This document shows positions 1 to 9,989 of a stretch of 64,000 nt of DNA, one piece after another; position 1 is the stretch's first letter; every line of letters begins with the position of its first letter. The DNA comes from Alphaproteobacteria bacterium. Its GTDB lineage: Bacteria; Pseudomonadota; Alphaproteobacteria; SP197. Position numbers and translations under genes: made by a program. The DNA is taken from NCBI GenBank assembly GCA_964291415.2, contig OZ219920.1:768001-832000 (forward strand), given 5' to 3'. Under the pieces are notes generated by a model, which saw nothing but the letters and a program-made list of their open reading frames with translations, did no database searches and was not told where the DNA came from.

Positions 1-1264
1 CCCGGTGAGGAGACGCACCTGCGCGAGCTCTATCCGATGCCCGGCCGCCACTGCGCAGTGTCCCGAGATGGGCGTCGATGCGATCCGTGACCTGCCTTCG
101 TTGCGGCAGGTTTTTCTTCTCCCGTTGCCAGACGTCGTGGAAACGCTCCGCCGTCTGCCTGGCGGTGTCGAGCACCGGTGTTGCAGCAAGACCGGCCTTG
201 CCCGCAAGGAAGGAGAGTTCATCAGGCGTGTAACCGTCAAAGCGTCTTGTTCTTGCGAACCTGAGCGCAGCTTCCTCGTCCTCGATGTAGGGAATGGTCG
301 AGACCAGATCATAGGCCGGCGCCAGAGCGGGCGTTCGTTTGTCCGGATAGACCAGCGACCAGTTCTTCAGATGCATGTCGGCGTTGCCGGTCAACGTGCA
401 GAAGGTCAAACGCCTGATGAATTCCTCGACGTCAACCTCGCCTGCCTCCGCTCCAAGCACGGTCGCAATGTTGCGGTAGCTCGCGGCCCGGTACTTGTTC
501 TCGGGGTAGACACCGAAGACCTGCGCGAAGTCTTCCGTGTGAACCGGGTGTCCCGCTTCACGGTCAAATCGCCTGACCGCCAGCGCCGGTCCCGGGAGAT
601 CCCCGATTCCTTCCGGCAGGTTCGTGATCTCGTCAACATCGATGAGCTGAATCTCCGGGACATCGATGCCGACCAGACGCGCCAGGGTCATGAGCGCGTA
701 CTCATTTTCAGGCATGCCTTCGAATCGCAGGGAGGGCAGTTTGACGATCCATGAACCGCCCACGCCGGACGCCGGTATCGTCAGGCCCTTGCCAGCTTCA
801 TCGTCGTGGACTGCCGAGAACTTCAGCTGGATGCCAGCGAGTGAGAAGCGCAGCGCCCTATTGCGCCTCCGGGCGTCGGGAGCGCTCTCGTTCGCCATGG
901 CGGGCGGCCATTCTTCGCCGCTTGCCTGCTCGACAGTCACTGCGCCAGAGAGGTCGTGTCCCAGGGCCCAGAGCAAATGGAACTCGCGCTCCTGATTGAC
1001 CCCGGCAAGACGGGCGAGGTACTGCCGCAGGTAGCCTTCGGGCAGCAGGTTCGAAAGGAAGGGCAACAGGCGCTTCTGCGTGACTGCAAACCCGGTAATC
1101 AGTTGTCTGTACTCGTCCTGGAAGCACAGCCCGAGCGTTGGCCGGTTCTCGTCGGCGATGTAGTCGTCCGTGAAGCTGAAAAGAGTGCGGTCGCCGCCGA
1201 CATGAGTCAGCGTACCGATCGTTTCGCCATGGAGATTGACATTGAGGACAGAGACGTCAGCCAT
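1..1264 (-). CDS. hipA: HipA-family Ser/Thr kinase toxin (stop codon lies beyond the window edge)
   Basis: Not in the ORF track. Manual translation from ATG 1264 gives MADVSVLNVNLHGETIGTL...FLSNLLPEG...FSLAGIQLKFS...ENEY...VRRFDR...HTEDFAQV...GNADMHLKNWS...LAPAYDLV, open to position 1. The start overlaps the end of the upstream HTH gene. Confidence 0.93.
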   Translation of the reverse strand, partial: MADVSVLNVNLHGETIGTLTHVGGDRTLFSFTDDYIADENRPTLGLCFQDEYRQLITGFAVTQKRLLPFLSNLLPEGYLRQYLARLAGVNQEREFHLLWALGHDLSGAVTVEQASGEEWPPAMANESAPDARRRNRALRFSLAGIQLKFSAVHDDEAGKGLTIPASGVGGSWIVKLPSLRFEGMPENEYALMTLARLVGIDVPEIQLIDVDEITNLPEGIGDLPGPALAVRRFDREAGHPVHTEDFAQVFGVYPENKYRAASYRNIATVLGAEAGEVDVEEFIRRLTFCTLTGNADMHLKNWSLVYPDKRTPALAPAYDLVSTIPYIEDEEAALRFARTRRFDGYTPDELSFLAGKAGLAATPVLDTARQTAERFHDVWQREKKNLPQRRQVTDRIDAHLGTLRSGGRASDRARAGASPHR

Positions 1265-1916
1265 CTCTGTCAACATCCAGACGATAAGCCGGTTTCGGCA
1301 GCGGTGGTGGCGGCGGAACGGCGTCCCGCAGCCGCTCGCGCAGGTCCTGCAGGGCGCTCGCCGCCTTTCGTAGTGCCTGCAGTTGCTCTGACGGAACTCC
1401 CGCTGCCTCGCGGATTGCCCTTGATTGTTCGGCGTGCCGCTCACCTGCTCCGGTCAGGTGCGTGCTGGTCCGTTGCAACTTGCGGACGAGCTTGCCCGTA
1501 TCCCTCACTGCCTTCAGTTCCTTGTCGACGTTGCCCAGATCTCTCAAAATCCGGATGCTCTCTTGGATCTCCTTCAGTTCGACCAGATCGGGATAAGCGA
1601 AGCGGAGCTCCCTGACGACATCCAGGGTACGGTTGAAATCCCTTGCTGCCCGTGTCGCGACGACGGGCGGGGCCGTGCTGCGCACGATACCGTCGACTGC
1701 AGGCACCGCCTTGCGCGGGATCAGCCGCAGGTCGAGGTCGAGCGCGCGCGCCAGTTCAACCAGACTCGACAGGCGGATGTCAGCGCCGCCATTTTCGATC
1801 TTGGAGACGTGACTTTGCGGTACGCCCGTGCGCCTGCCCAGGGCCTGCTGACTGAGTCCCTTGGCGACTCGCGCGCTCTTGAGCGCGTCGATGATGTTCT
1901 GCGTTGCGTAGATCAT
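1257..1916 (-). CDS. XRE/Cro HTH antitoxin (HipB-like) with long C-terminal extension
   Basis: N-terminal HTH LKSARVAKGLSQQALGRRTGVPQSHVSKIENG; C-terminal PKPAYRLD tail; overlaps the hipA start. Confidence 0.85.
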   Translation of the reverse strand: MIYATQNIIDALKSARVAKGLSQQALGRRTGVPQSHVSKIENGGADIRLSSLVELARALDLDLRLIPRKAVPAVDGIVRSTAPPVVATRAARDFNRTLDVVRELRFAYPDLVELKEIQESIRILRDLGNVDKELKAVRDTGKLVRKLQRTSTHLTGAGERHAEQSRAIREAAGVPSEQLQALRKAASALQDLRERLRDAVPPPPPLPKPAYRLDVDRDG

Positions 1917-1920
1917 TCAT

Positions 1921-1974
1921 ATATATCTACATATTTGACGCCCGATACAATATAGTAATATAGATATCTGTCAA
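1921..1974 (-). promoter_or_regulatory. Predicted sigma70 promoter and autoregulatory operator of hipBA
   Basis: AT-rich patch. On the minus strand TTGACA (1974-1969), 16-nt spacer, TATTGT (1952-1947). Inverted half-sites ATATCTA (1923-1929) and TAGATAT (1961-1967). Confidence 0.5.
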
Positions 1975-2226
1975 TGACACGATCTGCCTTCGCATTGTTC
2001 TGACAGTGCGCGGCGTTGCGATAACTCGGTCCCCGGTGTTTCTTCTCCGGATCGACGGTTTGGTCTGGCCGACAGGCCTTCCCGGGGATATCCCGGATCC
2101 AACGGAAACGGGTGGGTGTCGCCGGCGACTCACGTTTGAGCCAGACGATGGTCGACGGGCGCTGCCGGTGACAGAGGAACGTGTACCGGTTTCGGCGTGG
2201 GACCGGCCTGAAGGAGAGAGGACAGC

Positions 2227-2901
2227 ATGATGAGCGAACATCCCGTCATTCCGCTGCCCGGTTATCGGGAGCGCTCGGAGGACGAGATGATACGGCGGGC
2301 GCGCGAGTTCCGCGCGGAACTGAAACGGCGGCGCACGGTGCGGCATTTCTCGAGCCGTCCGGTGGCGCGGGAAATCATCGACGAGTGCCTGGGGACTGCG
2401 ACGACGGCGCCGAGCGGCGCCAACCTTCAGCCGTGGCATTTCGTCGTCATCGGCGATGCGGAAACGAAGCGGCGGATACGCCGGGCCGCCGAAGAGGAAG
2501 AGCGCCGTTTCTACCACCAACGGGCGCCGCAGGAATGGCTGGACGCGCTGGCGCCGCTTGGCACCGACGAGAACAAGCCGTTCCTCGAGACCGCCCCCTG
2601 GCTGATCGCCGTGTTCTCCCAGAAGCACGGCCGCCTGGCCGACGGCCGCAAGGTCAAGCACTACTATCCGATGGAATCGGTCGGGCTCGCGACCGGAATG
2701 CTGATTGCGGCGCTGCACGTGGCCGGGCTTGCGACCCTGACCCATACCCCGAGCCCCATGGCGTTCCTGAACGAGATCCTGGGACGTCCGCCATCGGTCG
2801 AGCGGCCCTTCCTGCTGCTGGTGACGGGCTATCCGGCCGAAAACGCGACGGTGCCCGATATCGCCCGAAAGCCGCTCGGCGAGGTGGTGAGCTACGTCTG
2901 A
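2227..2901 (+). CDS. Nitroreductase superfamily, iodotyrosine deiodinase (IYD)-like
   Basis: [23 protein letters not shown], lid EEEERRFY...[13 protein letters not shown]. Confidence 0.85.
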   Translation: MMSEHPVIPLPGYRERSEDEMIRRAREFRAELKRRRTVRHFSSRPVAREIIDECLGTATTAPSGANLQPWHFVVIGDAETKRRIRRAAEEEERRFYHQRAPQEWLDALAPLGTDENKPFLETAPWLIAVFSQKHGRLADGRKVKHYYPMESVGLATGMLIAALHVAGLATLTHTPSPMAFLNEILGRPPSVERPFLLLVTGYPAENATVPDIARKPLGEVVSYV

Positions 2902-3151
2902 AGAGGGGGAGGGGCCTCGGAGCAGCCAGTGTCGAACCGCTTCATCTCCCGCCCTGCAACCTCCATCTCAACCACCGTCCCAAGGCATGGATGCTCGACG
3001 GCCTGTGGACAGCCGTCACCGGCACCCTCCGGACCCTCCAGCCCCGGAAACGCCGGACCGGGCTTGTTGCCGCCGGCCATGAGCCAGGCGGTTGCCGTAT
3101 CGACGATCACAGGGCGCGGTGAACGTTCAGCAGCGGGCCATGCGGGCGGGG

Positions 3152-4318
3152 TTACTGCAGCCGCGCGACTTCCTTCCAGTTGCCGTCTTCAATCACCGAG
3201 AGGATGGTGACGTCCACGCCCTGGTGGTCGTCGGCCGCAAAGGAGACGTGGTTGTCCATGAGCGGATCGTAGTAGTCGAGGCTCTCGACCGCCGCGAGGA
3301 AGCTCTCCACGCTGAGATCCCGGCCCGCCTTTTCCAGCGCCCGCGTGAAGCTGGTCGCACCGACATGGCCCAGCAGCGCACCGGTGCCGGGGAAGTCCCC
3401 GGTCGCCTCCATGTGGCTCGCGATGAAGGCCGCCGGCGCCTCCTCGTCGGCCCGTGCCGCGAGGTCGGCCCACACGCCGGTGGCGTACAGCCCCTCGGTC
3501 ACGCCCTCAGGCACCTTGGCGATCACGGTGTGGAACGAGCCGGACGTGCCGATCATCTTCAGGTGCGCGAGGCCGAGTTTCTTCGCCGTCGCCATCACCG
3601 TGATGACCTGGCGCACGCTCAGCGCCAGGGCGATCAGTTCGCACTCCTCGGCGGCGAGCTTCTGCAGCGAGCCCACGAAATCCGCCTCGTCGAGCTTGTG
3701 AGAGGTTTCGGCGACATAAGAGAGCGCCGGGTTGGCTTGCGCCTCGTCGACGGCGGCCTCCTTCATCTCCTTGCCGAAGTCCGAGGGAATGTACATGCCG
3801 CAGACTCTCGTGATTCCAAGCGTCCGGGTCAGATAGTCGGTCGCGAGCCGCATCTGTTCATAGTACGAACTGGAAACCGAGAAGCGCAGGCGAATCGGCT
3901 CGTCCAGCATGTGTCTCGAGGCACTGAGCGGCGTGAGATTGGGAATGTTCTTCGGCTCCATCAGATTGAAGCCGGCGATGTTCATCGGCGTGCCCAGCGA
4001 GAGCAGCATGGCGAACACGCCGTCGCGATTGATGAGCTTGTTGTAGCCCTGAATGGCCTTCGGCATCTGGTAGGCGTGGTCCTCGACGATGAACCTTATG
4101 GTCCGGCCGTGAACGCCGCCGGCCGCGTTGACGGCATCAAAATGCCGCTGGGCGGCCTCGACCGCCGGCGCACCGAAGGCGGAGAACGGTCCGGAGAGAT
4201 CGTTGACGGAGCCGATGATGACCTCGTCGTCGCTGACGCCCTGTTCGGCGAGCGCCGGAGTTCCGGCCAACGCCACCAGGGTGAGGATGATGCGTGGAAG
4301 TTTCGAGAGGTGTTTCAT
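3152..4318 (-). CDS. ABC transporter substrate-binding protein (LivJ/HAAT family)
   Basis: Signal peptide; QGVSDDEVIIGSVNDLSGP, GGVHGRTIRFIVEDHAY; last gene of the liv-like operon. Confidence 0.9.
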   Translation of the reverse strand: MKHLSKLPRIILTLVALAGTPALAEQGVSDDEVIIGSVNDLSGPFSAFGAPAVEAAQRHFDAVNAAGGVHGRTIRFIVEDHAYQMPKAIQGYNKLINRDGVFAMLLSLGTPMNIAGFNLMEPKNIPNLTPLSASRHMLDEPIRLRFSVSSSYYEQMRLATDYLTRTLGITRVCGMYIPSDFGKEMKEAAVDEAQANPALSYVAETSHKLDEADFVGSLQKLAAEECELIALALSVRQVITVMATAKKLGLAHLKMIGTSGSFHTVIAKVPEGVTEGLYATGVWADLAARADEEAPAAFIASHMEATGDFPGTGALLGHVGATSFTRALEKAGRDLSVESFLAAVESLDYYDPLMDNHVSFAADDHQGVDVTILSVIEDGNWKEVARLQ

Positions 4319-4333
4319 GACGTCGTTCCCTTT

Positions 4334-6202
4334 TCACCTGTACATGTCTTCAATCAATGCCTCGTGGTTCCTCTCCACGAAGCTGCGCCGAAGCTTCATG
4401 GTGGGGGTCATCTCGTCGTCGGTCGCCGTCAGCTGCCGGTCGATCAGGCGGAAGGCTTTCACCTGCTCGACCGGGCTGAAGCGGGCGTTTGCTTCCATGA
4501 CTTCAGCGGCGATCAGATCCTGCACCGGGCCCGCGGCGCAAAGCGAGGCGAAATCGGAGAATGGCACGCGCCTCTCCTGGGCAAAGGCCTCCACGGCCTC
4601 GTGATCGATCATCACGAGCGCGGTGAGGTATCTGCGGCGGTCGCCGATGACGATGGCATCGGAGATATAGGGAGAACATTTCATCTGGTTCTCGAGTGCG
4701 GCAGGCGCAATGTTCTTTCCGCCGGCCGTGATGATGATATCCCGCGCCCGCCCGGTGATCCAGACGAACCCGTCGTCGTCGATTCGACCGAGATCGCCGG
4801 TGTAGAGCCAGCCGTCGCGGATCGTTTTCGCCGTGCCTTGCGGATCGTTCCAGTAGCCCTGAAAGACCAGAGGACCCTTCGCGAGAATCTCCCCGTCGGC
4901 GGCAGTCGCAAGCTCGACGCCCGGCGCCGGCAGGCCGACGGAGCCGGTCTTGTTGCGCCCGGGCCGATTGACCGAAAGGACGCCAGAACTCTCCGTCTGG
5001 CCGTAGCCCTCCACCATGACGAGGCCGATCGCCCAGTACCAGCGCACCAGGTCGGGCGCGATGGGCGCGGCGCCGGTGCTGATGTGACGTGCGCGGTCGA
5101 GGCCGATCATGCGCCTCAGGTTCGCGAGCACGAGGACATCCCAGAGCCTGAAGCGCGCCTCCAGCTCGAGCGGGACCCGGCGCCCTTCCATCAGGTGGTC
5201 TGCGCGCGCCATGCCGCACGCGAGTGCGCGCGCGAAGGCCCAGCGTCCCAGCGGGCCCGCCTCCGCGGCGAGCATCGAGACGCGCGCGTGGACTTTCTCC
5301 CACACCCTGGGCACCGCCGTGAAGGAGGCGGGCGAGACTTCCCGCATGTTGTCGAAGACCGTCTCCATGCTCTCGGCGAAGTTCACCACCGATTTCGCGG
5401 CGAGTGGCGTGAAGACCGAGATGAGCCGCTCCAGCACGTGGCAGAGCGGCAGGAAGCAGATCTGCTCGTCGCCCTCGTTCACCGGCACCGCCTGGAGCAC
5501 GGAAGAGGCGGAAAACATGATGTTCTCGTGGGAGATCATCGCACCCTTGGGCTCTCCCGTGGTGCCGGAGGTGTAGATCAGGATCGCGGTGTCGTCAGGG
5601 CGCGATTCCGCCACAGCGCGCGCGAAGCGCTCGGGTTCCCGTTCGTGTGCGGCGCGGCCGCTCTCATAGAGCGCATCGAGAAAGACGACCCGGTCGTCTG
5701 CGAACTCGTGGAGACCGTCGCGGTCGAGCACCACGCACATCTCAAGGCCCGGAACCCGGTCGCGGATCTCCAGCACCTTGTCGAGCTGCTCGTCGTTCTC
5801 CACGATGACGAATCTGCTGCCCGCATGGCGCAGCAGGAACTCGACCTGTGCGGCGCTGTCGGTGGGATAGATGCCGGTGACGATCCCGCCGACGCACTGG
5901 ATGCCAAGATCGGCGTAGATCCACTCCTTCCTGTCTTCGGAGAGGATGGCCACGACGTCGCCCCGATTCAGTCCCAGCTGGACCAGCCCCATGCCGATGG
6001 CCCGGGCAGCGTCGTGAAAGTCCGCCCACGAGTGGCTGCGCCAGATGCCGTGCACCTTCTCGCGATGGGCCGTGCGCGCGCCCATCTCGCGGCAGCGGGC
6101 GAGGAAGAGTTTTGGCAGGGTGTCGCAGCCGTCAATCAGGCAGGGTCTCAGGGAGAGACTCGTGTCCACCACGTGTTTCCGGCGCTCCGGCATCTCACCC
6201 AT
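4334..6202 (-). CDS. Long-chain-fatty-acid--CoA ligase (AMP-binding)
   Basis: IYTSGTTGEPKG, EGYGQTE, WLYTGDLG, IIITAGGKNIAP, TPTMKLRR. Confidence 0.92.
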   Translation of the reverse strand: MGEMPERRKHVVDTSLSLRPCLIDGCDTLPKLFLARCREMGARTAHREKVHGIWRSHSWADFHDAARAIGMGLVQLGLNRGDVVAILSEDRKEWIYADLGIQCVGGIVTGIYPTDSAAQVEFLLRHAGSRFVIVENDEQLDKVLEIRDRVPGLEMCVVLDRDGLHEFADDRVVFLDALYESGRAAHEREPERFARAVAESRPDDTAILIYTSGTTGEPKGAMISHENIMFSASSVLQAVPVNEGDEQICFLPLCHVLERLISVFTPLAAKSVVNFAESMETVFDNMREVSPASFTAVPRVWEKVHARVSMLAAEAGPLGRWAFARALACGMARADHLMEGRRVPLELEARFRLWDVLVLANLRRMIGLDRARHISTGAAPIAPDLVRWYWAIGLVMVEGYGQTESSGVLSVNRPGRNKTGSVGLPAPGVELATAADGEILAKGPLVFQGYWNDPQGTAKTIRDGWLYTGDLGRIDDDGFVWITGRARDIIITAGGKNIAPAALENQMKCSPYISDAIVIGDRRRYLTALVMIDHEAVEAFAQERRVPFSDFASLCAAGPVQDLIAAEVMEANARFSPVEQVKAFRLIDRQLTATDDEMTPTMKLRRSFVERNHEALIEDMYR

Positions 6203-6208
6203 CCTGCG

Positions 6209-6979
6209 CTATCCCCAGGTCTTGCGGCGCTTCCAGCGCCGCTCTCCCCGCAGACCGCGCTGTTCGGCACCGAGGTAGAACTCCTGGATATCCGCGCTCT
6301 GCCGCAGGCGCTCGGCGGGGCCTTCCATCACGATGCGCCCGAGTTCCATGACGTAGCCGTCATCGGCGATATCCAGCGCCACCCTGGCATTCTGCTCCAC
6401 GAGCAGCATGGTGACGCCACGCTCGGCGTTGAGGCGACGGAGGATGGCGAAGATGTCGGTCACCAGCAGCGGCGAAAGACCAAGCGAGGGCTCGTCCAGC
6501 AACATGACCCTCGGCCCGGCCATCAGCCCGCGTGCAATCGCCAGCATCTGCTGCTGTCCGCCCGAGAGGGTGCCGGCGGTCTGGCGCAGCCGCTGCTTCA
6601 GAATGGGGAAGTAGGAGAAGACCATCTCGCGGTCCTCGTCCACGTCGCGGTCTCTGCGGGTGTAGGCACCCATGGCGAGATTCTCGTCCACGGTGAGCAG
6701 TGGGAAGATCTCCCGCCCCTCGGGCACGTGCACGACTCCCTTGCGTACAATCCGGTCGGGATCGCGGCCGGCGATGGTGTCGCCGGCCAGAAGGATGTCG
6801 CCCTTCGCCGGGTCCATGACGCCGGAGACGGTCTTCAGAAGCGTGGTCTTGCCCGCCCCGTTCGCGCCGAGCACCGTGACGATCCTGCCCTCGGGCACGT
6901 CGAGGCTCACGCCGCGGATCGCCATGACCGGGCCGTAGAAGCACTCGAGGTTGCGGATCTGGAGCAGCGTCCGGGTCAC
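6209..6979 (-). CDS. livF: ABC ATP-binding protein, LivF-like
   Basis: GANGAGKTT, LSGGQQQML, LLDEPSLGL. Confidence 0.9.
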   Translation of the reverse strand: MTRTLLQIRNLECFYGPVMAIRGVSLDVPEGRIVTVLGANGAGKTTLLKTVSGVMDPAKGDILLAGDTIAGRDPDRIVRKGVVHVPEGREIFPLLTVDENLAMGAYTRRDRDVDEDREMVFSYFPILKQRLRQTAGTLSGGQQQMLAIARGLMAGPRVMLLDEPSLGLSPLLVTDIFAILRRLNAERGVTMLLVEQNARVALDIADDGYVMELGRIVMEGPAERLRQSADIQEFYLGAEQRGLRGERRWKRRKTWG

Positions 6980-7749
6980 CGTGCCGTGGCCTCCCTCCCG
7001 AGATAGGCCTCGATCACCCTGGGATGAGACTGCACTTGCGCCGGCGTGCCGATCGCCATCACGCGTCCGTCGTCGAGCGCCAGAACCCGGTCCGAGACTG
7101 CCGAGACGAGCCCCATGTCGTGCTCCACCATGACGACGGTGACGCCCATCCGGGCGCGAATGTCCTTGATGCGGAACTGCATGTCCCTGGACTCCTCGGC
7201 GGAGAGTCCGGAAGCGGGCTCGTCCAGGAGCAGCATCCGGGGCTCGACGGCGAGCGCCCGGCCGACTTCCACCATCTTGCGAACGCCATAGGGGAGCCCG
7301 GCGATGATCCTGTCGCGGTGGGGCTGGAGGTCGAGGAAGTCGATCATCCGTTCGACCGCAGCCCTGTGGGCGATCTCCTCGCGCCTGACCCCGGGCGTAA
7401 AGAGGATCTGCTCGGGGATGGAGGCGCGCCGGCGTGTGTGGCGACCGATGAGCAGGTTCTGCAGCACGCTCGAGTGCTCGAAAAGTTCGATGTTCTGGAA
7501 GGTGCGCGCGATGCCGAGGCCGGCAATCCCCGAGGACGCGCGGCGGAGCAGGCTTTCACCCGCGAAGCGCAGATCCCCCTCGTCCGGCTCGTGGAAGCGG
7601 GAGATCAGGTTGAAGAGAGTCGACTTGCCGGCTCCGTTGGGCCCGACGATGGCGAAGATCTCGCCGGGCTCAACCGTGAACGAGACCCGCTCCAGCGCCG
7701 TGACGCCGCCGAAGTGTACCGTGACGCCATCCACCTCCAGCAGGCTCAC
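6976..7749 (-). CDS. livG: ABC ATP-binding protein, LivG-like
   Basis: GPNGAGKST, ARTFQN, LPYG, LLDEP, VEHDM. GTG start at 7749 overlaps the upstream TGA. Confidence 0.88.
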   Translation of the reverse strand: MSLLEVDGVTVHFGGVTALERVSFTVEPGEIFAIVGPNGAGKSTLFNLISRFHEPDEGDLRFAGESLLRRASSGIAGLGIARTFQNIELFEHSSVLQNLLIGRHTRRRASIPEQILFTPGVRREEIAHRAAVERMIDFLDLQPHRDRIIAGLPYGVRKMVEVGRALAVEPRMLLLDEPASGLSAEESRDMQFRIKDIRARMGVTVVMVEHDMGLVSAVSDRVLALDDGRVMAIGTPAQVQSHPRVIEAYLGREATAR

Positions 7750-8844
7750 CGCATCCGCTCCGTCTTCAGATAGCTCTTCTGCCGGCGGAACATGTCGCGG
7801 CGACAGAAAGGAAAGAGTTCGGCATAGACCCTCCACTTCTCAATGCGGCCATGGATACCGCGCGGCTCGAACAGGATGAAGAGAATGAGAATTGTCATGA
7901 ACACTCCGGTCTCGATCCCGGGAATCACGATGTTGCTGCCGAAAGCCGCCTGAGCCCCGTCGCGCGCGATGTTGATCGCCTGCGGGATGCTCACCAGCAC
8001 GAGCGCCCCCCAGTAGGCGCCCTGTATCGAACCGAGACCGCCGATCACGATCATCACCAGAAGCTGGATCGAGATGATGACAGTGAAGACCTCGTGGTTG
8101 AAGGTGTAGATGAAGTGTCCCATCAGAGCGCCGGCCCAGCCTGTGACCATGCAGGAGAGGCCGAAGGCGCAAGCCTTGGTCCTGGCCACGTTCACCCCCA
8201 TCGCCTGTGCCGAGATCTCGGAATCGCGGATCGCCAAGAAAGCCCGTCCCAGCGGCGTGCGCAGGACATTGCAGTAGCCAAGGGTGACGACCAGCGCCAC
8301 CGCAAGGCAGAGCCAATAGAAGAGATCGGGCGAGCCATAGCGGTCCACCTCGGCGCCCGCGATGGTGATGTCGGGCGCAACCAGTCCGATCACCCCGCCG
8401 GTCCAGGGCTCGGCGAGCACAATGATGTCCTCGGTCAGCATGGAAAGAGCGAGTGTCGCGATGGCGAGATAGATGCCGTGCAGCCTGAGAGCAGGAACTG
8501 CGATGAGGACGCCCGGCGAGCCCGGTGATCGCGCCCGCAGCCAGGAAGGAGACGACGAAGGGGAGGCCCATCCGCTCCATCAGGATTGCGTGGGCATAGC
8601 AGCCCACCGCGAGGAACGCCGCGTGGCCGAGGCTTGCCTGTCCGGCATGGCCTGTCAGCACCATGAGTCCCATGCCGGCGATGGCCCAGATCAGGACATT
8701 GGTGGCTTCGCCCAGGAGAAAGTCGTCCAGCAGCAGCGGCAGCGCTGCCGCGAGAGCCACCAGAACCGCATAGCGGAGCGCGCGCCTGACATCCGGAACG
8801 AGGCGGACGTCCTGGACGTAGCTGGTCTTGAGGGCGGTGCGCAT
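7746..8844 (-). pseudogene. livM: LivM-like ABC permease with one frameshift (~8512-8514); could be a sequencing error
   Basis: N-terminal half in ORF 7840..8844 (GQASLGHAAFLAVG), C-terminal half in ORF 7746..8441. Removing one base at LAG| restores LAGVLIAVPALRLHGIYLAIATLA. Confidence 0.85.
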
Positions 8845-9719
8845 CAGACCTTCTTGGCGTGAGCCTGGGCGAAAAGGCCGCGCGGCCGGATGAGAAGCAC
8901 GAGGATCAGCATCGCGTAGGGCGCGATCTGGGAGTAGCCCGAGGCGACGTAGCGGGCGGCGAAGGGCTCGATCAGTCCGACGATCAGGCCGCCCGCGAGC
9001 GCTCCCGGCAGCGAGCCGAAGCCGCCGATCACCGCGGCGGCGAAAGCCTTGATGCCGAGCAGCCCCGTGTTGGGATCGATCGAGCCCTTCGAGGCGAAGA
9101 GGATCCCCGCCACTGCCGCGATCGCGCCTGCCAACGCCCAGGCGAGCCCGTGGATCCGCCTCACCGGGATGCCCATGTAGTAGGCCGCGAGCTGGTTCTG
9201 GCTCGATGCCTGCATGGCGATGCCGAGTCTGGTGCGGCTGAAGAATGCGAAGAGAAGGCCGGTGAGTACGAGGGTCACGGCGATGACCGCGAGCTCGTCC
9301 AGACCCAGCACCAGGGTGCCGAAGCGCTGGTTGACGCCCGCGATCGGGCTTTCCAGCGTCAGCGGGTCGTGACCCCAGATGAGGCCGGCGGCGATGCGCA
9401 GCAGGAAGCCGAAGGCGATCGTCAGGATCACCACGGCAATCTGGGACTGGCCGAAGACCTGTCGCAGGACGGTGCGCTCCAGCAGCCAGCCGAGCACGGC
9501 CATGGCGGTGATCGCGCCGATGCAGGCGACCCAGAACGGCAGGCCCAGGTGCGATCCGTTGGTGAGGCCGAGTGCCACGAAGGCGCCGAACATCATCAGG
9601 TCGCCCTGAGCAAAATTGACCTGTTCGGTAGCCTTGTAGATGAGCGCGAAGCCCAGAGCGATCAGGCCATAGACGCAGCCGTTGGCGAGACCGCTGACGA
9701 TGAGCTGCAGTATCTCCAA
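8844..9719 (-). CDS. livH: LivH-like ABC permease
   Basis: GLANGCVYGLIALGFALIYKATEQVNFAQG, GIKAFAAAVIGGFGS. Confidence 0.9.
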   Translation of the reverse strand: MEILQLIVSGLANGCVYGLIALGFALIYKATEQVNFAQGDLMMFGAFVALGLTNGSHLGLPFWVACIGAITAMAVLGWLLERTVLRQVFGQSQIAVVILTIAFGFLLRIAAGLIWGHDPLTLESPIAGVNQRFGTLVLGLDELAVIAVTLVLTGLLFAFFSRTRLGIAMQASSQNQLAAYYMGIPVRRIHGLAWALAGAIAAVAGILFASKGSIDPNTGLLGIKAFAAAVIGGFGSLPGALAGGLIVGLIEPFAARYVASGYSQIAPYAMLILVLLIRPRGLFAQAHAKKV

Positions 9720-9957
9720 TGTCCCGCTCCCTTGGGCGGCGCCTCCTGGATACGGCCCGACGAGTCTTGGGTACCGGGGCGGGATGTCAACACCCGTCTC
9801 CGCGCCAAGCGCGCCGGCTCGCGGCGATGATCGGCCTCGATCCCGTTGTCATCGTTGCGCGAAAGGCCGCAAGCGGTACCTGTTGACCCGGTTCCCAAGG
9901 AATCTCTCGACCGTCCGTGTCGTGCACCGGTTGCCGCCCGCCGGGCAGGGACGCCAG

Positions 9958-9985
9958 AAAAAAAGGGGCCTTTTCAAGGCCCCTT
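9958..9985 (-). terminator. Rho-independent terminator (second of a tandem pair)
   Basis: Stem AAGGGGCCTT/AAGGCCCCTT followed by a U-tract on the minus strand. Confidence 0.75.
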
Positions 9986-9989
9986 CATG

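Noticed and set aside
5-754. 249-aa plus-strand ORF (and 956..1615)
   Set aside because: Antisense to hipA/hipB, which carry clear motifs.
2892-3110. 72-aa minus-strand ORF downstream of the liv SBP
   Set aside because: No recognisable motif or RBS. It may be a remnant but I cannot support that.
3092-7006. 1304-aa plus-strand ORF
   Set aside because: Antisense shadow of the SBP, ligase and livF genes. Long shadow ORFs are expected at this GC content and it has no motifs.
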